Shown piece after piece: positions 22,480 through 35,232 of a stretch of DNA of 64,000 nucleotides (its first letter is position 1; each line of letters starts with the position of its first letter). Source of the stretch: Blasia pusilla. Its lineage: Eukaryota. The notes beneath the pieces are model-generated. The model was not told where the DNA came from, searched no databases, and was given only the letters and a program-made list of their open reading frames with translations. The stretch is from assembly GCA_050084515.1 (NCBI GenBank), contig CM114271.1:9052001-9116000 (forward strand), in the 5' to 3' direction. A program made the translations under genes and the position numbers.

Positions 22480-25400
22480 TTGTCCAAATGTTCTTCCTGA
22501 TGAGTTGTCCACCACTGTAAAGCATTATCCCTTCAAAAGGTGACTTCCATTGTCACCTTATCTCGCTCCTATGCCTTTTGTGCCTCAAAGTAGAGTTCCA
22601 ACTCCGTAAGGAACTCCTTCACTTTTTGAGAACGCCCCACCCCAATGAATGGCGTGGTCAGATTCGTCTTGCAATGCTTTTTTCTAGAACTTGAAGTTTG
22701 GTCCAACTCAAGCTCCGCAATCCTCTTGCTTTGCTAGGAGATTTGCTCGATCATTAGCTTCATCAAGTCCATCATTTGGGGATAAAATTCCGGATTACTT
22801 GACTTTGGCGCCGATGGCCCCGCAGAAGGGTTTGCGTCTTGGACACCCTAATATCTAGAGTTTGCCAACTCGGGAGTCAGCGTGTCCTCCATTGGCTCCC
22901 GGTCCGACATTGGTTCGTTTCTTGGTTCACGTCACTTGATTCGGCACTTCTGTGGTTCATCTCCCTCGGTTGCCATCTTCAAGATGCCTCACTTAGATCT
23001 CCTTCTTGTTTCTTACATCCCTCCCCAAGCGTCTAGGTATGGCCACTACCTTGGGTTTTCCCCAAGTGTTTGGTTGCTCCCATGACCCCGAGTTCTTGCT
23101 CACCAAGGATAAGCTCTGATACCATGGTTCATGCACCTACTCCCATCAAGCGTCAATCTCTAGTGTTGCGGAAGGGTACGTTTAAGTAATGTACAACTCT
23201 AGTAAAAAGGTACGCTTTCTATCGCAAAGTACTGAGAGACCACTGTTTTCTGAGTAAAGAGAGGTTTTATAAGAAAAATCAAGAATAACTCCTTCTTCAA
23301 TAATTCTACTGACTAACTACAATAACACTATCTTAAAGGTACAAAAGAATAAAAGGATTTTCTTCCCTCTTGGAAAAGACTCTTCTCAAGTGTAGACAAA
23401 GACTCTTTCGAATCTTAAAGAACAAAGCTCCAACAAAGACCTCAAGAATGGCGGCTCACCCTACTTTCAGAATTGAATCTATCATTGTAGGTTACTCAGT
23501 GTCTAACAACTTTCCTACCCTCTTCCTCATTATCTTATGGAATTCTGAAACTACAAGACTTAACTCTCATCTTTACTGCAACCCAATAAGATTTTACACT
23601 CAACTCCGCACATCAAAAAGAATGAGAGAAGACTCTTCTTCTGCATCAAAGAGTGGAAAGAACTAGAAAGTATTACAAGCTTCAGAAAGTAAAGGACTCT
23701 TCAGCTTGGATCATCCCTCAACAACCTACCCACACAAAATCCTCACAAGTACTAGAAATTCCAAACGCAAGGGAATAGTCCCTCTTCATCCGCTCAATCA
23801 TAAGTATGTGGAAGATTTAGGACACCAGGGAATGACTCTAACCACCAGTACCGGAGAATTCAAGATCCAAGGGAATGATCCCATGCTTCTTTGTTGTATT
23901 CCTTAAATAGTCAATTTGTGACTGGTCTTCCTATTTTGATTTAGAATTCTAACTCATAATCCTAACCTACTCTTTTCGGATTCCCAACCCTCCATCTTCC
24001 TAAGACGGGTGGTTGCCTTGGCGATTCATTTTTGCTCCCTTTTAAATTGTTGCGCGGCTCTATTTCTGTCTTCCGAAACCGCCGCGACGGTTCAATCTTC
24101 ATGGTCTTCGCGCTCTTTGCAGTCTTTGTAGTCTTTATCTTCACTATCCTATCTTTGTAGTCCTATCTTCGAGCGAAGACTCTTATCCTTCTGTCGCCTC
24201 AAAGATTCCTCCTTTCTACTTTCTTTCAATTTTTGCCTTCAAAGAATTTCCTATCTTTCTATTCCTATTCTTAATACACCTTTCTACTTTTGTGAAGACT
24301 CTTTGGCCTCCTCGGCTTCTTCCTCTTCCTTCTTTGAGTTCTTAGTCTTTGCTCTTGAGTCTTTGGTCTTCATTCTTCGTTCTTTGTACCCAGTCTTTGC
24401 ACAAAGACTACCTTCATTCTTCTTTACAAAGAAGCTTTTTCCAGTCTTCGTTGACAATCTTTTACATTGTTCTTACTGCGGTCTTTCTTGCAAAGCACCC
24501 GCGCTTCCTCTTCTAACTTCTTTTCCTACTTTTACACAATTCTCACTCTTCCAAGACAATTCTTAATCTTCTAACATCTCTTGTCCTCTCATCAAAGTTC
24601 TATCAGTCACTCTTTCACACAATTTTAGTAAAGTAAGACTCTTTACTTCCGATATTGAGTCTTTAGTCCTTGCTCAAGAAAGACTTTTGTACAAAAATTG
24701 ATCTTTCTGTCAAAATTTCAAAAACGTGGGAACTATAGTTTAGTAGGACACGCTCTCATCGTCGATTTGCACCCAAACACACTCACGTAAGTGTGATCTG
24801 GGTCAACCGGTCTTCCAACCCATGGAGTTCTCAACTCGGCATCTCATCAAGCTCAATCTTCCCTCATTCCAAGTTTCCCAATACGGGAAAGTCTTCCAAG
24901 ACTTGGGACAAAATTTTTGGATAGTCCAAGCACCTAACGATCCCAACTGTCAAATGGATATCGCATGAGCTCCCAAAGTAAGACCCAATAATATGAGTCA
25001 CGAGTTGGAATCCAATAGGGATCTCCAAAATCCACTATATTGGACTTGGTTCGGGTTTTGAATCCCAACGCCAAAACTCTGGATCCATTCTGCGCCCTTG
25101 AGTCACCCCGCGGCACCCCAAAGTGGGGTTTGAGTCCCAAGCACCCTTGGAGACCTTCCCCTTACTAGTACTTTTGGGGATGTGCGCCCTACCCCTACCT
25201 TTGGGGAAGGGAAACCCTCCCCTCTTTTTGGCACTCAACCCGACTCCATGTATAGTTGTTTTCGGCCAATATCTTAGCCTTTGCTTAACATTTTGTTGAG
25301 ATCTTTGGTGTGTTGGAACAGCCTTTGCATAAGCTTTCCAACACAACCTTACGTGTCCCAAACTCATCTTGAAACCCCAAAGTTATGGTCGAAAATATAG

Positions 25401-25688
25401 TCAAAAACCCCAAACGCTAGCCAAATCCCAAGTCCGGTTCTCACCCCTTGGCCACATCTCATCCAAGACTAGACTCCTTTCAAGTTTGGATTCATATTTG
25501 GTTCAGTTTCCTTGTGGCAACCATAAACGTATAAAACATTTGAAATGCTAGCCTTGCTCGCGTCTCACACTTGTGTTTTCTAACTTGTCTCTTCTTGAGA
25601 CCTGTCCAAAGTGCAAACCATCCGAGCGTGAGCCCACTAGAGTTTGGATGTTTTGCTTGGCGCACGTTCGGTTATGAAGGTCGCGACA
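22480..25688 (-). mobile_element. Gypsy family A 5' end: 5' LTR (23125-25688, interrupted), tRNA-iMet PBS, leader and start of gag
   Basis: PBS TGGTATCAGAGC on the minus strand at 23113-23124. LTR matches 29740-30747. The gag start matches ~45250-45560. Confidence 0.8.
23185..24737 (-). mobile_element. Solo LTR (family B) nested in a family A LTR
   Basis: 5-bp TSD GTTTA at 23180-23184 and 24738-24742. Matches the reverse complement of 46675-48167. Confidence 0.85.
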
Positions 25689-26042
25689 CCGGGAGTTATT
25701 CACGGTTTGTTTTGACCACTCCAACCACAATCCCATCAAGCTCCACAACCCAAAAAATTTCCAAACCGTACATGAACGATGGACAGCCTGTACACTTTCA
25801 AGAGACCCATTTCTTTCATGAAACCCCAATACCCAACAGTAAGCACAATCTGTAACACATAGGCTATAGGAACAACTAACTACTACAATAAAGAACGACA
25901 TCTTTATTACAATTACAAATGTCCCTTCCAAATCCCCAAACTTATCCTAAAATCAATAAGCCCAATCTCCGCAAAAAAAAATCTTCATCGACGTCGACTT
26001 TTCATACTTCAACTTACAACCTTGTTTTTTTTAATTTTCCCC

Positions 26043-26150
<108 letters not shown>

Positions 26151-29100
26151 CTCTTCTTTCTTTTTCACTACACTTGCATAATGGGGTCCACAATAGTTTT
26201 ATTTTAAAACATTAAAAAATTTAGAAAAAGTGTAAGTCCTATGGAGATGGAAGTTGTCCATGGGACGTAACTCTCAACAGCCATAATCAAACTTTGGAAT
26301 CTATACTATCATGGGAGAGTGGCTTCTTATTTCGCAAACAACTCTCCGTTTGACACATGGCAGTTTCGGCTAGTGCGGCTAACTCATTCATTCAAGTTTT
26401 AAGAGTACATTTTTGTAGCCATCCAACGCGACACTTTAGGGTTTTATTGCCGCCGCATATTTTGTAACGGATTATTTTCAAATTTTGTACTTTTTACAAT
26501 TACGATCGTAATAAAATTGGTCCATTGATAAAGAGGGCCAGTACATCTTCAAGAGTTCTGCTCTTAGGAACTAAGCAAGGATGATTGTATTTATACGTCA
26601 CTCCGAGCTGATACTGTGCTCACTGGCCATTTGATACAGAGCGCAGTTCAACCTCATTCTCAGGTATGTTCTTACTCCTCCAACCAAATCTTTGCCATTA
26701 GAATTATTGTGAGCTTTTTGAACGAGCTTTATACATTAAGCTTTATTCATGTTTAGGGTCGCTTGCAAGTGTCTATTTTGTGCAAGAGTGCACATAGATG
26801 CTTGAGTTTCCATGCCTATTTACAAATGTCTCTTCTCTGCAAGAGTGCTACAGAGATACTAGGCCTATGCTTTGCTCTACTCTAACAAGAGGTGTTCGTT
26901 GTGCAGTTCATAGTTTTCTGCAAACCAACAAGAAGAAGCTCTTGGATCGGATAACTCAGCTCCCAAGTCGCCCGATTCTCCAACTTCTTAGCTCCCAAGT
27001 GTCCGTGTTGGGCGGTTGGTAGTTTTTTGCTCACCTCCCGAATGTTGGGAGGGGGGGGCTCTCGTCTCCAACAAACAGCAAACTTCCATCAACTTCAGGG
27101 TTGGCTTCTATCTCCAACAGCTCCCAAGTCGAAAGTAACTCCAGGTTCGCCTCCCCAGTTGAAGTTTCTCTAGGCTCCCAAATCACCAAGCATATCTACA
27201 AACATTGCCAAAAAATTGTGCAACATAAATCAAGGAAAGAGAACTACAACTTCAAAATGACAACCGGAATAACCATAAAGAAGTCAACACAAGGAAAGGG
27301 GAAGGCCGTTTCTCAAATTCCTTCATCGAAAAAACATTAGGATGTAAAGAGTGTTGATCTTCAACAATTGGAAAGTTCCAAATGGTCCCCAATATCTCAA
27401 GAGGACTGTGTACATATGAGTAAATGGAAGAAGTTACACTTTGGCATTTTCCCTCCCTAGGGGAAAAAACTCAGCCCCAAGCATCCTCCAGGCTTCGAGG
27501 ACGCAATAAAAGATTCTCTCCCTCTTGTGGGGGGTCTTGTGTTATCCAAAAAGATATTTTCCGAAGCCAATTGAAGGCTCGGGGAAGGATAATCGCATAG
27601 AAGTCCACGGGAGCCCCCAATATCACCTAAGGAGGCCCGGAAATGACAAAGAGTGCATATTCGATGGAGCCTCTGCAAAAAAATGAAAAGATCGCTCACT
27701 TTCTGAGAGGGAGTCCCCGATCGACCTAAAAGTGCCCATTAGGTCCACCCAACATACGCACGAGACTAAAGATAGCCCTGTAAAAGGGAAAAGACCAGAA
27801 GGTGTAGTCTTAAATATTCATATACTGATCTAACTATTCTGGGACCTAGAGAGCCACAGTCTACATGTGAAAGTAGAAAGCAAGATTAGAATCCATGTAA
27901 AGCTTATTTTGAATTGAAAGCTTATTGCAAATGGAAGCTTTGCTGGGAATAAATCTATACGAATGTCTAATTACAACGCCTCCCCTACCCTATCTTCAAG
28001 TACTCATCTCGAGTAATGAAGATATCTTACTAATCTACCACAAGAAATAAGGAAAGTTGGCTAGAGGGTAACGATCTCGGAAGAGAATATTTCTCAGGCG
28101 GGTTATACCTCAGATTGAGTTGAGATAAAATCAGCAGACCAATCAAGAGTCCAAAGTGCATCCTTGCACGATGGCCATAGAGGGACTTCGATAAAAAAAA
28201 AACTGCACTCTACTTAGAGCCTGACCGTTCCACCACAGATCTACCCTAGGGGATAGGAACAACAAAGTGAGGAAGAGCCTTAAGGCATAGGTCTAGCAAT
28301 GCGGCCGCAGTGGATGCCATGCTTTGCTATGAGTGAAGTGATGATGGGCGTTTGGGATTCACAGGGACAGAGCAAAATGTTAGGCCGTCAGTCACCACGG
28401 CGTGAGCGGCGCCTGTGAGTAGAGAGGGTTGGGCCTGCGCTGACTGTCGCAAGAAACAAAAAGACAAAGAAGCAAAGGAAAGGTAGTAAGCCCAGGGCCC
28501 TTTCCTAGCTACAATCCATAATGCCCTCACTGCCAATAGGAGTGTGACAATCCTTAGTGCCACAAGGCTTGCTACCAAATAACCTACATCTGCACTCAAG
28601 CGCGAGCTCATGAAACACGAGCTCTGTCGAGTGTGCACGAGCGCATCAAGCACAGATGCAACAACCACGAGCTCCAAACTCACAAGTACACAGCCCCGGC
28701 CAAGGCATAGGCCAAGCTCCAGGTCAAGCACTCTCATGGCTGCGCCAAGGAGAGGAGAGCGGGATGAGTCGCGGCGAGGAGAGCGGGACCAGCCGCTGGG
28801 AAATGAGGGTCGAGTGGAGGGGGTATAGGGGACGTTCAAAGGCAGTAAGGCCGAGGTGCAAAGGGGCTGACGGCCGAGCGGCTGGATCTGTTATATCTAA
28901 CCCTAACGGCTAGATCTGACGGCCTTAAGGGTTTGGCGCTTGCGGCACTTCTAGGTCTGCCATCATGAACCCTAAGTGCCGTCGCGCTTAAGGTAGCAGA
29001 AACCCGTTAGATCTAACTACTAGGGTTACATCTAACGGTTAGGGTCTAAAGTCGGTCCTTATGGGATCCGGTTGGGACCATTATGACATGACGGGACTTG

Positions 29101-29679
29101 GAGGGACTCGGTTAAGATCCGGCGGCCTCAAACGTGGACTCCTTGGTTGCGCCCCGTGGACATAGCCAATGACCAGCGAGTTCTGAGCATTCCTTTTTCC
29201 CTAAAATTTTTCTCTAAATTTTTTTTTCACTTTTTTATCCCAATTTTTTTCTAAATTGTTTTCCTCTATTCTCCTTCTCTATTTTTCTCTAATTTTATGT
29301 CTAATTTTTTTCCCCAAAAAAATTCCCTTTTTCTTTTCTCTCCCTTTTCTTTCTCTCTTCTCCATCTAATTTTGATTTTTTTAATGATTTCCCTTTTTCT
29401 ATTTTTTCCTAAAATTGTGTGTAAATTTTTTCCGCTAAAAATAAATAATTCCCCTTTTTCTTTTGTCTCCCTTTTTCTTTTCCTTCCCTTATTTTTCCCT
29501 CTTTTTTTCTTTTACTCTTTCCATTTAATTCTCTCCGTTCTCTTTTTTAGGGTAGACCCTTCATTTTCTTCTTTTTTAATAATTAATAGTTTCATGGTGT
29601 GTTATGTAGATGGCAAGTGTCAGCGGGTTATTATTGGACATGGAGAGACAACCACTCGGTGTTATCACAAATGCACCAA

Positions 29680-31375
29680 TGCCAAGACATATTTCAAGAC
29701 TGAATTTTTGAATACACGCTTGCCTTCTAGACTACCTCCTGTCGCGCCCCTACTCTCCTTGAACGTCAATCTTTAGTGTTGCGGAAGCGTACGTTCAGTA
29801 GGTCACGATCTCATCGCCGATCTGCACCCAAACACGCACTCTCGTTAGTCGGGTCTGGGCCAACCAGCGTTCCAACCCACCGATTTCTCAACTCGGCGTC
29901 TCATCAAGCTCAACCTTCCTTAGTTCCTAGTTTCCAAAACATGGCAAGTCCTTCAAGACTTGGAACAGACTTCCTGGTTAGTCCAGGGATCTGAAACGGC
30001 ACCCGCGCGCCTAGCGATCCCAACTGTTCAACGGTCCTCGTGTGAGTTCCAAACCGAGACCCAAGTAATTGAGTCGCGGGGTGAAATCCGAGAGGGATGT
30101 CTAAAATCACCTCAATAGACTTGGTGCAGGTTTTCCAACCCAACCCCCAAACTCGCGTTCTGTTCCATGCCCTTGAGCCGCCCCGCGGCGCCCAAAGTGG
30201 AGTTCGGGTTCCAAGCACTCTCGGAGACCTTCCCCCTTACTAGTACTTCTGGGGTTCCCCAATAACCCCCACCCCCCCTTTGGAAAAGGAGGGTCGGGCC
30301 CTTCATTGTGGCCCTCAACCCGACTCCACTTACAGTCGTTTCCGGGTTGTTTCTCACCCGTTGCTTATGCGTTTGTAGAGATCTTTGGTGCGTTTGAACC
30401 GTCTTTCCACAAGCTTTCCAACGCACCCTTATTTAATCCAAACGCATCTCAGCGCTAAAAGTTATGGTTAAAAATACAGTCAAAAAGTTTCAAACGCTAG
30501 TGGCGTTCCAAATCCGGATTCTTCCTTTTGGCAACCCACTTTCTAGACTTGACTTCTTTCAAGTCTCATTCCGCGTTTGGTCTTGGTTTCTCGGTCGCGA
30601 CCACAACATCTGAAACGCGAAGCCTCGCTCGCGTCTCGTCTCTTGTCTCCCCTTCGAGACTATTCCAACGCGCAAACCATCTTAGCGTGAGCCCGCTAAT
30701 GTTCCGATGTTCCGCTTGGCACTCGTTTGGTCATGAGGGTCGCGACATCCACATTTTTTGTGTTTGAAGGTTGGTGCACCAATCATGCTCTTATGAAATA
30801 TGAATGGGTCACATGGACAAGCAAACGGGACTACATTGGTGGTTCGTGGATTTATGCAACATTGCATAGATGTTGAAATCATCAATGGGAAGAATATTGG
30901 AGATGGAGTTTCTATTCCCCGTATTCCATTGATTGCATCTAACTCCGGTTTGCCATTTGATTTACGTAGGTTTCAATTCCCTATTCGGCCAGTTTTTGCT
31001 ATGACTATTAATAAGTCTCAAGGTTAAACATTGCAAAAAGTTGGCATATACTTGCCTACTCGAGTATTTTCTCATGGTCAATTGTACATAGCATTATCTA
31101 GAGTAGGGAAGAGAAGTTCCATCGACATTACCATTGGAAGTGATGAACATTTATATTATTATGGGAGAGTGCCTTCTTGATTTGCAAACACCTCTATGTT
31201 TGACACGTGGCAATTGGGCAACAAAAAAATGTTTCACATGCTATTTGCTACTGGCAACAATAAAAGAAATTTGAATTTGTGTGTAACATCATTTATCTCT
31301 TCCTTTCACGGTCTATCCATTAACTCTTCAAACACTTTTTTATTACTCGTGCATCACACGGGCACCATACTAATT
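29680..31375 (+). mobile_element. Helitron remnant: C-terminal PIF1 helicase split by a solo LTR, plus degenerate 3' hairpin
   Basis: TEFLNTRLPSRLP[LTR]PHFLCLKVGAPIMLL...[46 protein letters not shown]. Hairpin-like CTCGTGCATCACACGGG..CTAA at 31346-31373. Confidence 0.85.
29740..30747 (-). mobile_element. Solo LTR, Gypsy family A
   Basis: TGTCGCG...CGCGACA termini; flanks rejoin the helicase frame. Similar to 24738-25688 and 42632-43655. Confidence 0.88.
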
Positions 31376-31534
31376 CAAATAAAAAAGGTGACTATACACA
31401 TTATGTAGTGTATAAAGAAGTAGTTGATGAAATAAAGTTTGAAAAAATTCCACTGCCTTTTTATTTTGCAACTTCCTCTTCTCTTGACACGTGGCATTTT
31501 TAGCCAATGGTATCGCTTACTTTTAAACCAATAT

Positions 31535-31686
31535 AATGGTTTGAAATTGATCTAAAATGATAATCAACAATTTTGAGGGCTAAATCTCATAGTGGGAGTT
31601 GATATAAATATAATGATTTGAAATTGATCTAAAATGACAATCAACAACTTTGAAGGCTAAATTTCTTAGTGGGAGTTGATTTAAAT
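31535..31686. repeat. ~77-bp tandem duplication
   Basis: TTTGAAATTGATCTAAAATGA...AGTGGGAGTTGAT occurs twice. Confidence 0.8.
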
Positions 31687-33399
31687 CCGTGCATCGCAAG
31701 TGCTATTTTAGGAGGATCCATGTGTATTCAAAAGATTCTTGGAATCTAGGTGAACGAGAACTCCACGAAAATTGGAACACTCGCCCGGGAAATTGTTGGA
31801 ACATGGCAGGGGGACATTTCTTGTGCCTTCAACCATCCATGCGATGGAAAGTGTAGCACTCCGATGGAGTCATAGAGATCCAGCTCGCCCAGTTTTCAAG
31901 GAGATTTCCCCAGTACCCTGAACAGAATAACCAGTAACAATCCAATCAAACCTCCCAATCGACCCTGCCATCTTAGCCGCACCCTACGAATTCCTGTGCA
32001 ATCCATTACCTTGCATGTCATGCTCCCGATTTTAACTAAACTTGCTGCACGCACGTTCACTCGTGCCATCCAATTACACATATAAAAAGTACGTCGTGCT
32101 AATAGAATCTCCTTGGATGTGCCTAGATTCTGCTCCTGTGGCGGAGGGTTTTAGGGAATTAACACTACTCAGATAACTTCCTTTTGAGGAAAGGCCTTAC
32201 TTAAGTTAGGCCAAAGATCACCAAAGGCGTTCACCTCTTCTGCAAAATATGATTGTCTATTCTCTAGTTCATTCGTCTGTGCCACATGCGGTAAGTTGTG
32301 AATCCCCCAACATAATTTGCTTGGCCCTCTGGTAGTGAGTCACAGATGTCGCAGACAGTTTTCGGGCGGGCTAGAGTTCTATCCAAGGCGTCTCCGCCAT
32401 CTCTTACCTTACGAGTAAACGAGCCTCCGAAAACATTTCGGGTCTAGTATCTTAGATACCTATTTTCTTCAGCTTCCACTTGTCCCGATCATGCTTGGGA
32501 CAGGGCTCTAAGACGCTACGGTTCAGTGCCGCTTGGAAAATAGACCAACCTGAATAAATTATTGAATAAGAAGTCCACCGAAATAAATGTATTCCTAAGT
32601 AGCGGTTCCACCTGACTTAGGTTTCCAAGTCGAGCAGATGTATACTTTCTATAGAATTCTTAAGGTGGCTAATCCGACCTGTGTTCCTGTAAACACATCG
32701 TAATCAATAAACAGCAGAGATAAGTCTAACGTGAACGTGAACCCGCTGTAAAGAAAAGCGAAGGGGTCTCAACAAATCCTATCCACTATTGGATACATAT
32801 TCAATATTCGAGAGAAAGAGGGGCCAACCTGGTCATGCTTCAACCTCACATTGAGAAATTGCTCTCTGACCTGAATATAGTGTACAAAGTGTCAAACCTG
32901 AGAGGAGCCTGGCTAAAGCAAATACAAGATTGATGTGGATATACACATAAGTGACCTATAACACCACCACTCCCAACTTCATTGTGATGAACGTATTTCC
33001 AGACAGCTTCTACCTCTTTCCTAAATTACTGCTATTGTTTACTATCACGTAGATTAGAGTGGTCAAAGCCTCGAAGTAGTGAAGAGACTTCCATAGCTGA
33101 AGGTCTCCCGGAAAAAATGTGCTCATGTCAACATAAGCATTGAGGTAGAGTCAATTGCATCAAGGTAAAAGAATGACTGTCATATGCCGTGTATTCCTCG
33201 CAACTACTTTGAAGACTTCGTTGATCCAGCCACACCCAATTGCATGTTTTGAACGCTTCTTATGGAACGCAGCAAGCGTTTGCTAATTCTCCTCACATAA
33301 AGGAATGTACAATGTCCGATGGCTGATTTAGTTTATGAGGTACCCCTGGGGTAGCTTTTTTCCTTGAGCTCCTTATAAACTGTACAGATATACATTCAA

Positions 33400-35232
33400 C
33401 TAGAATTGCCACTCTAGATATTCATCACACTCTTTTTGATTGTCATAATCTGCCATCAACAAATTTGACTTCTCCTTTTCATGCCCCCATATGTAGTTCA
33501 ATCCAACCAGCAGCTCTGTAATCACAGCTTCAGTTTTAACCAAATCTGCAAAGAAAAGGGTCTGCAGAAGCAAAATGTTGGAATGAGTAGCACACTGCTG
33601 CTGCTCAAAGTTGTGCTCTGACTGCCATCGGATCATATTGTGAGCTAGAGGAGTCAACCAGGCAAGGATTCTTTCCAATGCATCCTTCCAGTCTGCTGCT
33701 ATCACAGCATCATAGCCATAGGCTCCTCTCATAGAGACCTTGAGCCTTGACCGTAAAGCCATCCGCACAGCTTTGGGCAACATGTGGTACAAATCATCTC
33801 TTGAATCCTGAGATATGAGATGGGGGAACTTGATCATCTTCTCAATGCTGATGATCACATTCGCATAATGTGTCGAAAGTGCTGCCCCACCAAGTGTTGA
33901 AGCAGGTGCATTGAGGTGCCTGTTTTTTGGATCAAAGAACACTTTCCTGGTTTCACCAGTTTGACCAAAGACATCAGTTTGAGACGAACCAGCTGCACCT
34001 CTGCCTCTTTGGTCAGCCATACCAATGCCCAGTGGTTGCACCACTCCAGTTGTTCGTGGAATTCTAGAACCAGGGGAGGCTGCACTGCTGGAATCTCCCT
34101 CTTGTAAACCATGTATCCCTCCAATACTAGCAGAATTCTCACTGACTGACTGGAAATCCACAGAACCCCGAGTGGGAGAATGCAAACAACCATGGTAGAG
34201 CCAGGAGTAGGGATTCTTACCATTGGTGATCATTAGCCCTGAAACGAGAGCTGGAGAAGCAAGTGAGTGAATGTCTGATGGTACAGGGGACACTCTAGAG
34301 GGATCAGAACTGGTAGCTGGTTTTGACAAGACACTATTTCCATTGCTTTGGATATGAGTGCCTGCAATATGCTTCATAGGTGGAGTGTGACGCAATAGAG
34401 CATTGCCGAGGTGTACATCTACGTCTCTAGAATATGGTAATTTCGTCGATGGTTCTGCCAGAGAAAATGGAGATGGGTAATTGTCTTTAAGTTTCTCCAC
34501 GGGACATAACTGTGGCAAGTTCAGCATAGGGGCTCCAAAGACATCTATAATTCTACCATGGATAGTGCACACAGTGCGTGCTAGAAGAGTTACAACTTTG
34601 TCATACAAACGATTCCACAAAGACGATTCTCTCAGGTACTTAATTTCCTGACGATGCCAGGCTGCCTTTTGCTCCAATGCTAATACTGTCTCCCTGTCTC
34701 GAGGTGTACCCGATCCATCATCCTGCAACCGGCGAATGGCCTGCTCCAAATCTCCCATGATCTCTAGCTCCTGATAGAGATTGGCAGTAGATGCAATGTA
34801 TTGTTCCATTTTCTTGATTTTCCCCTCCATATCTTTGAGAGGATATTCCCAGGACCGCACATCAATGTTCTGCTTCAATATGTCATTGTAAACATGCTCA
34901 AAACCATGAAGAATTGGTTCTTGACATCTCTTGCCCACGCGAGCCACTGCCCCAGCAATGGCAGTTAAATCCTGGAGTTTCTCCATGCAGGCAAGACTCA
35001 GGAGAACAGCTTCATTTTCGGACACAAGGTTCAAGACACCCTCTGCTTTTACAACCTCTGTGCGGAGCCGTAAAATTTCATGCTCACTCAGAGACTGCCA
35101 GAGAAGCATAATTTTGGACATTACGTTGGCTACCTCAAAAGATAGTATCCCTATCTTCCCTTTCTCCGATTTATTCCCCTTCCTGCCATCCGGGACCAGT
35201 ACTGCCTTGATGGTGCTAATCTGGCTCCCCAT
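33400..35232 (-). CDS. DUF3475 + DUF668 protein (PSK SIMULATOR/PSI family), 610 aa, intronless CDS
   Basis: KIGILSFEVANVMSK (DUF3475); STLGGAALSTHYANVII...RDDLYHMLP...LAWLTPLAHNMIRWQSEHNFEQ (DUF668); LLQTLFFADLVKTEAVITELLVGL. Confidence 0.95.
   Translation of the reverse strand: MGSQISTIKAVLVPDGRKGNKSEKGKIGILSFEVANVMSKIMLLWQSLSEHEILRLRTEVVKAEGVLNLVSENEAVLLSLACMEKLQDLTAIAGAVARVGKRCQEPILHGFEHVYNDILKQNIDVRSWEYPLKDMEGKIKKMEQYIASTANLYQELEIMGDLEQAIRRLQDDGSGTPRDRETVLALEQKAAWHRQEIKYLRESSLWNRLYDKVVTLLARTVCTIHGRIIDVFGAPMLNLPQLCPVEKLKDNYPSPFSLAEPSTKLPYSRDVDVHLGNALLRHTPPMKHIAGTHIQSNGNSVLSKPATSSDPSRVSPVPSDIHSLASPALVSGLMITNGKNPYSWLYHGCLHSPTRGSVDFQSVSENSASIGGIHGLQEGDSSSAASPGSRIPRTTGVVQPLGIGMADQRGRGAAGSSQTDVFGQTGETRKVFFDPKNRHLNAPASTLGGAALSTHYANVIISIEKMIKFPHLISQDSRDDLYHMLPKAVRMALRSRLKVSMRGAYGYDAVIAADWKDALERILAWLTPLAHNMIRWQSEHNFEQQQCATHSNILLLQTLFFADLVKTEAVITELLVGLNYIWGHEKEKSNLLMADYDNQKECDEYLEWQF

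Noticed and set aside
26500-27350. Possible spliced gene fragment (CAG|GTATGT at ~26663, TTTAG at ~26756)
   Set aside because: Frames contain stops and no domain could be identified.
29297-29680. Phe-rich membrane-protein-like ORF
   Set aside because: T-rich low-complexity DNA; only the 3' end of ORF 29297-29776 is Helitron helicase.
29735-30752. 5-bp TSD for the solo LTR at 29740-30747
   Set aside because: Flanks CCTCC and TCCAC share only TCC, so no TSD is claimed.
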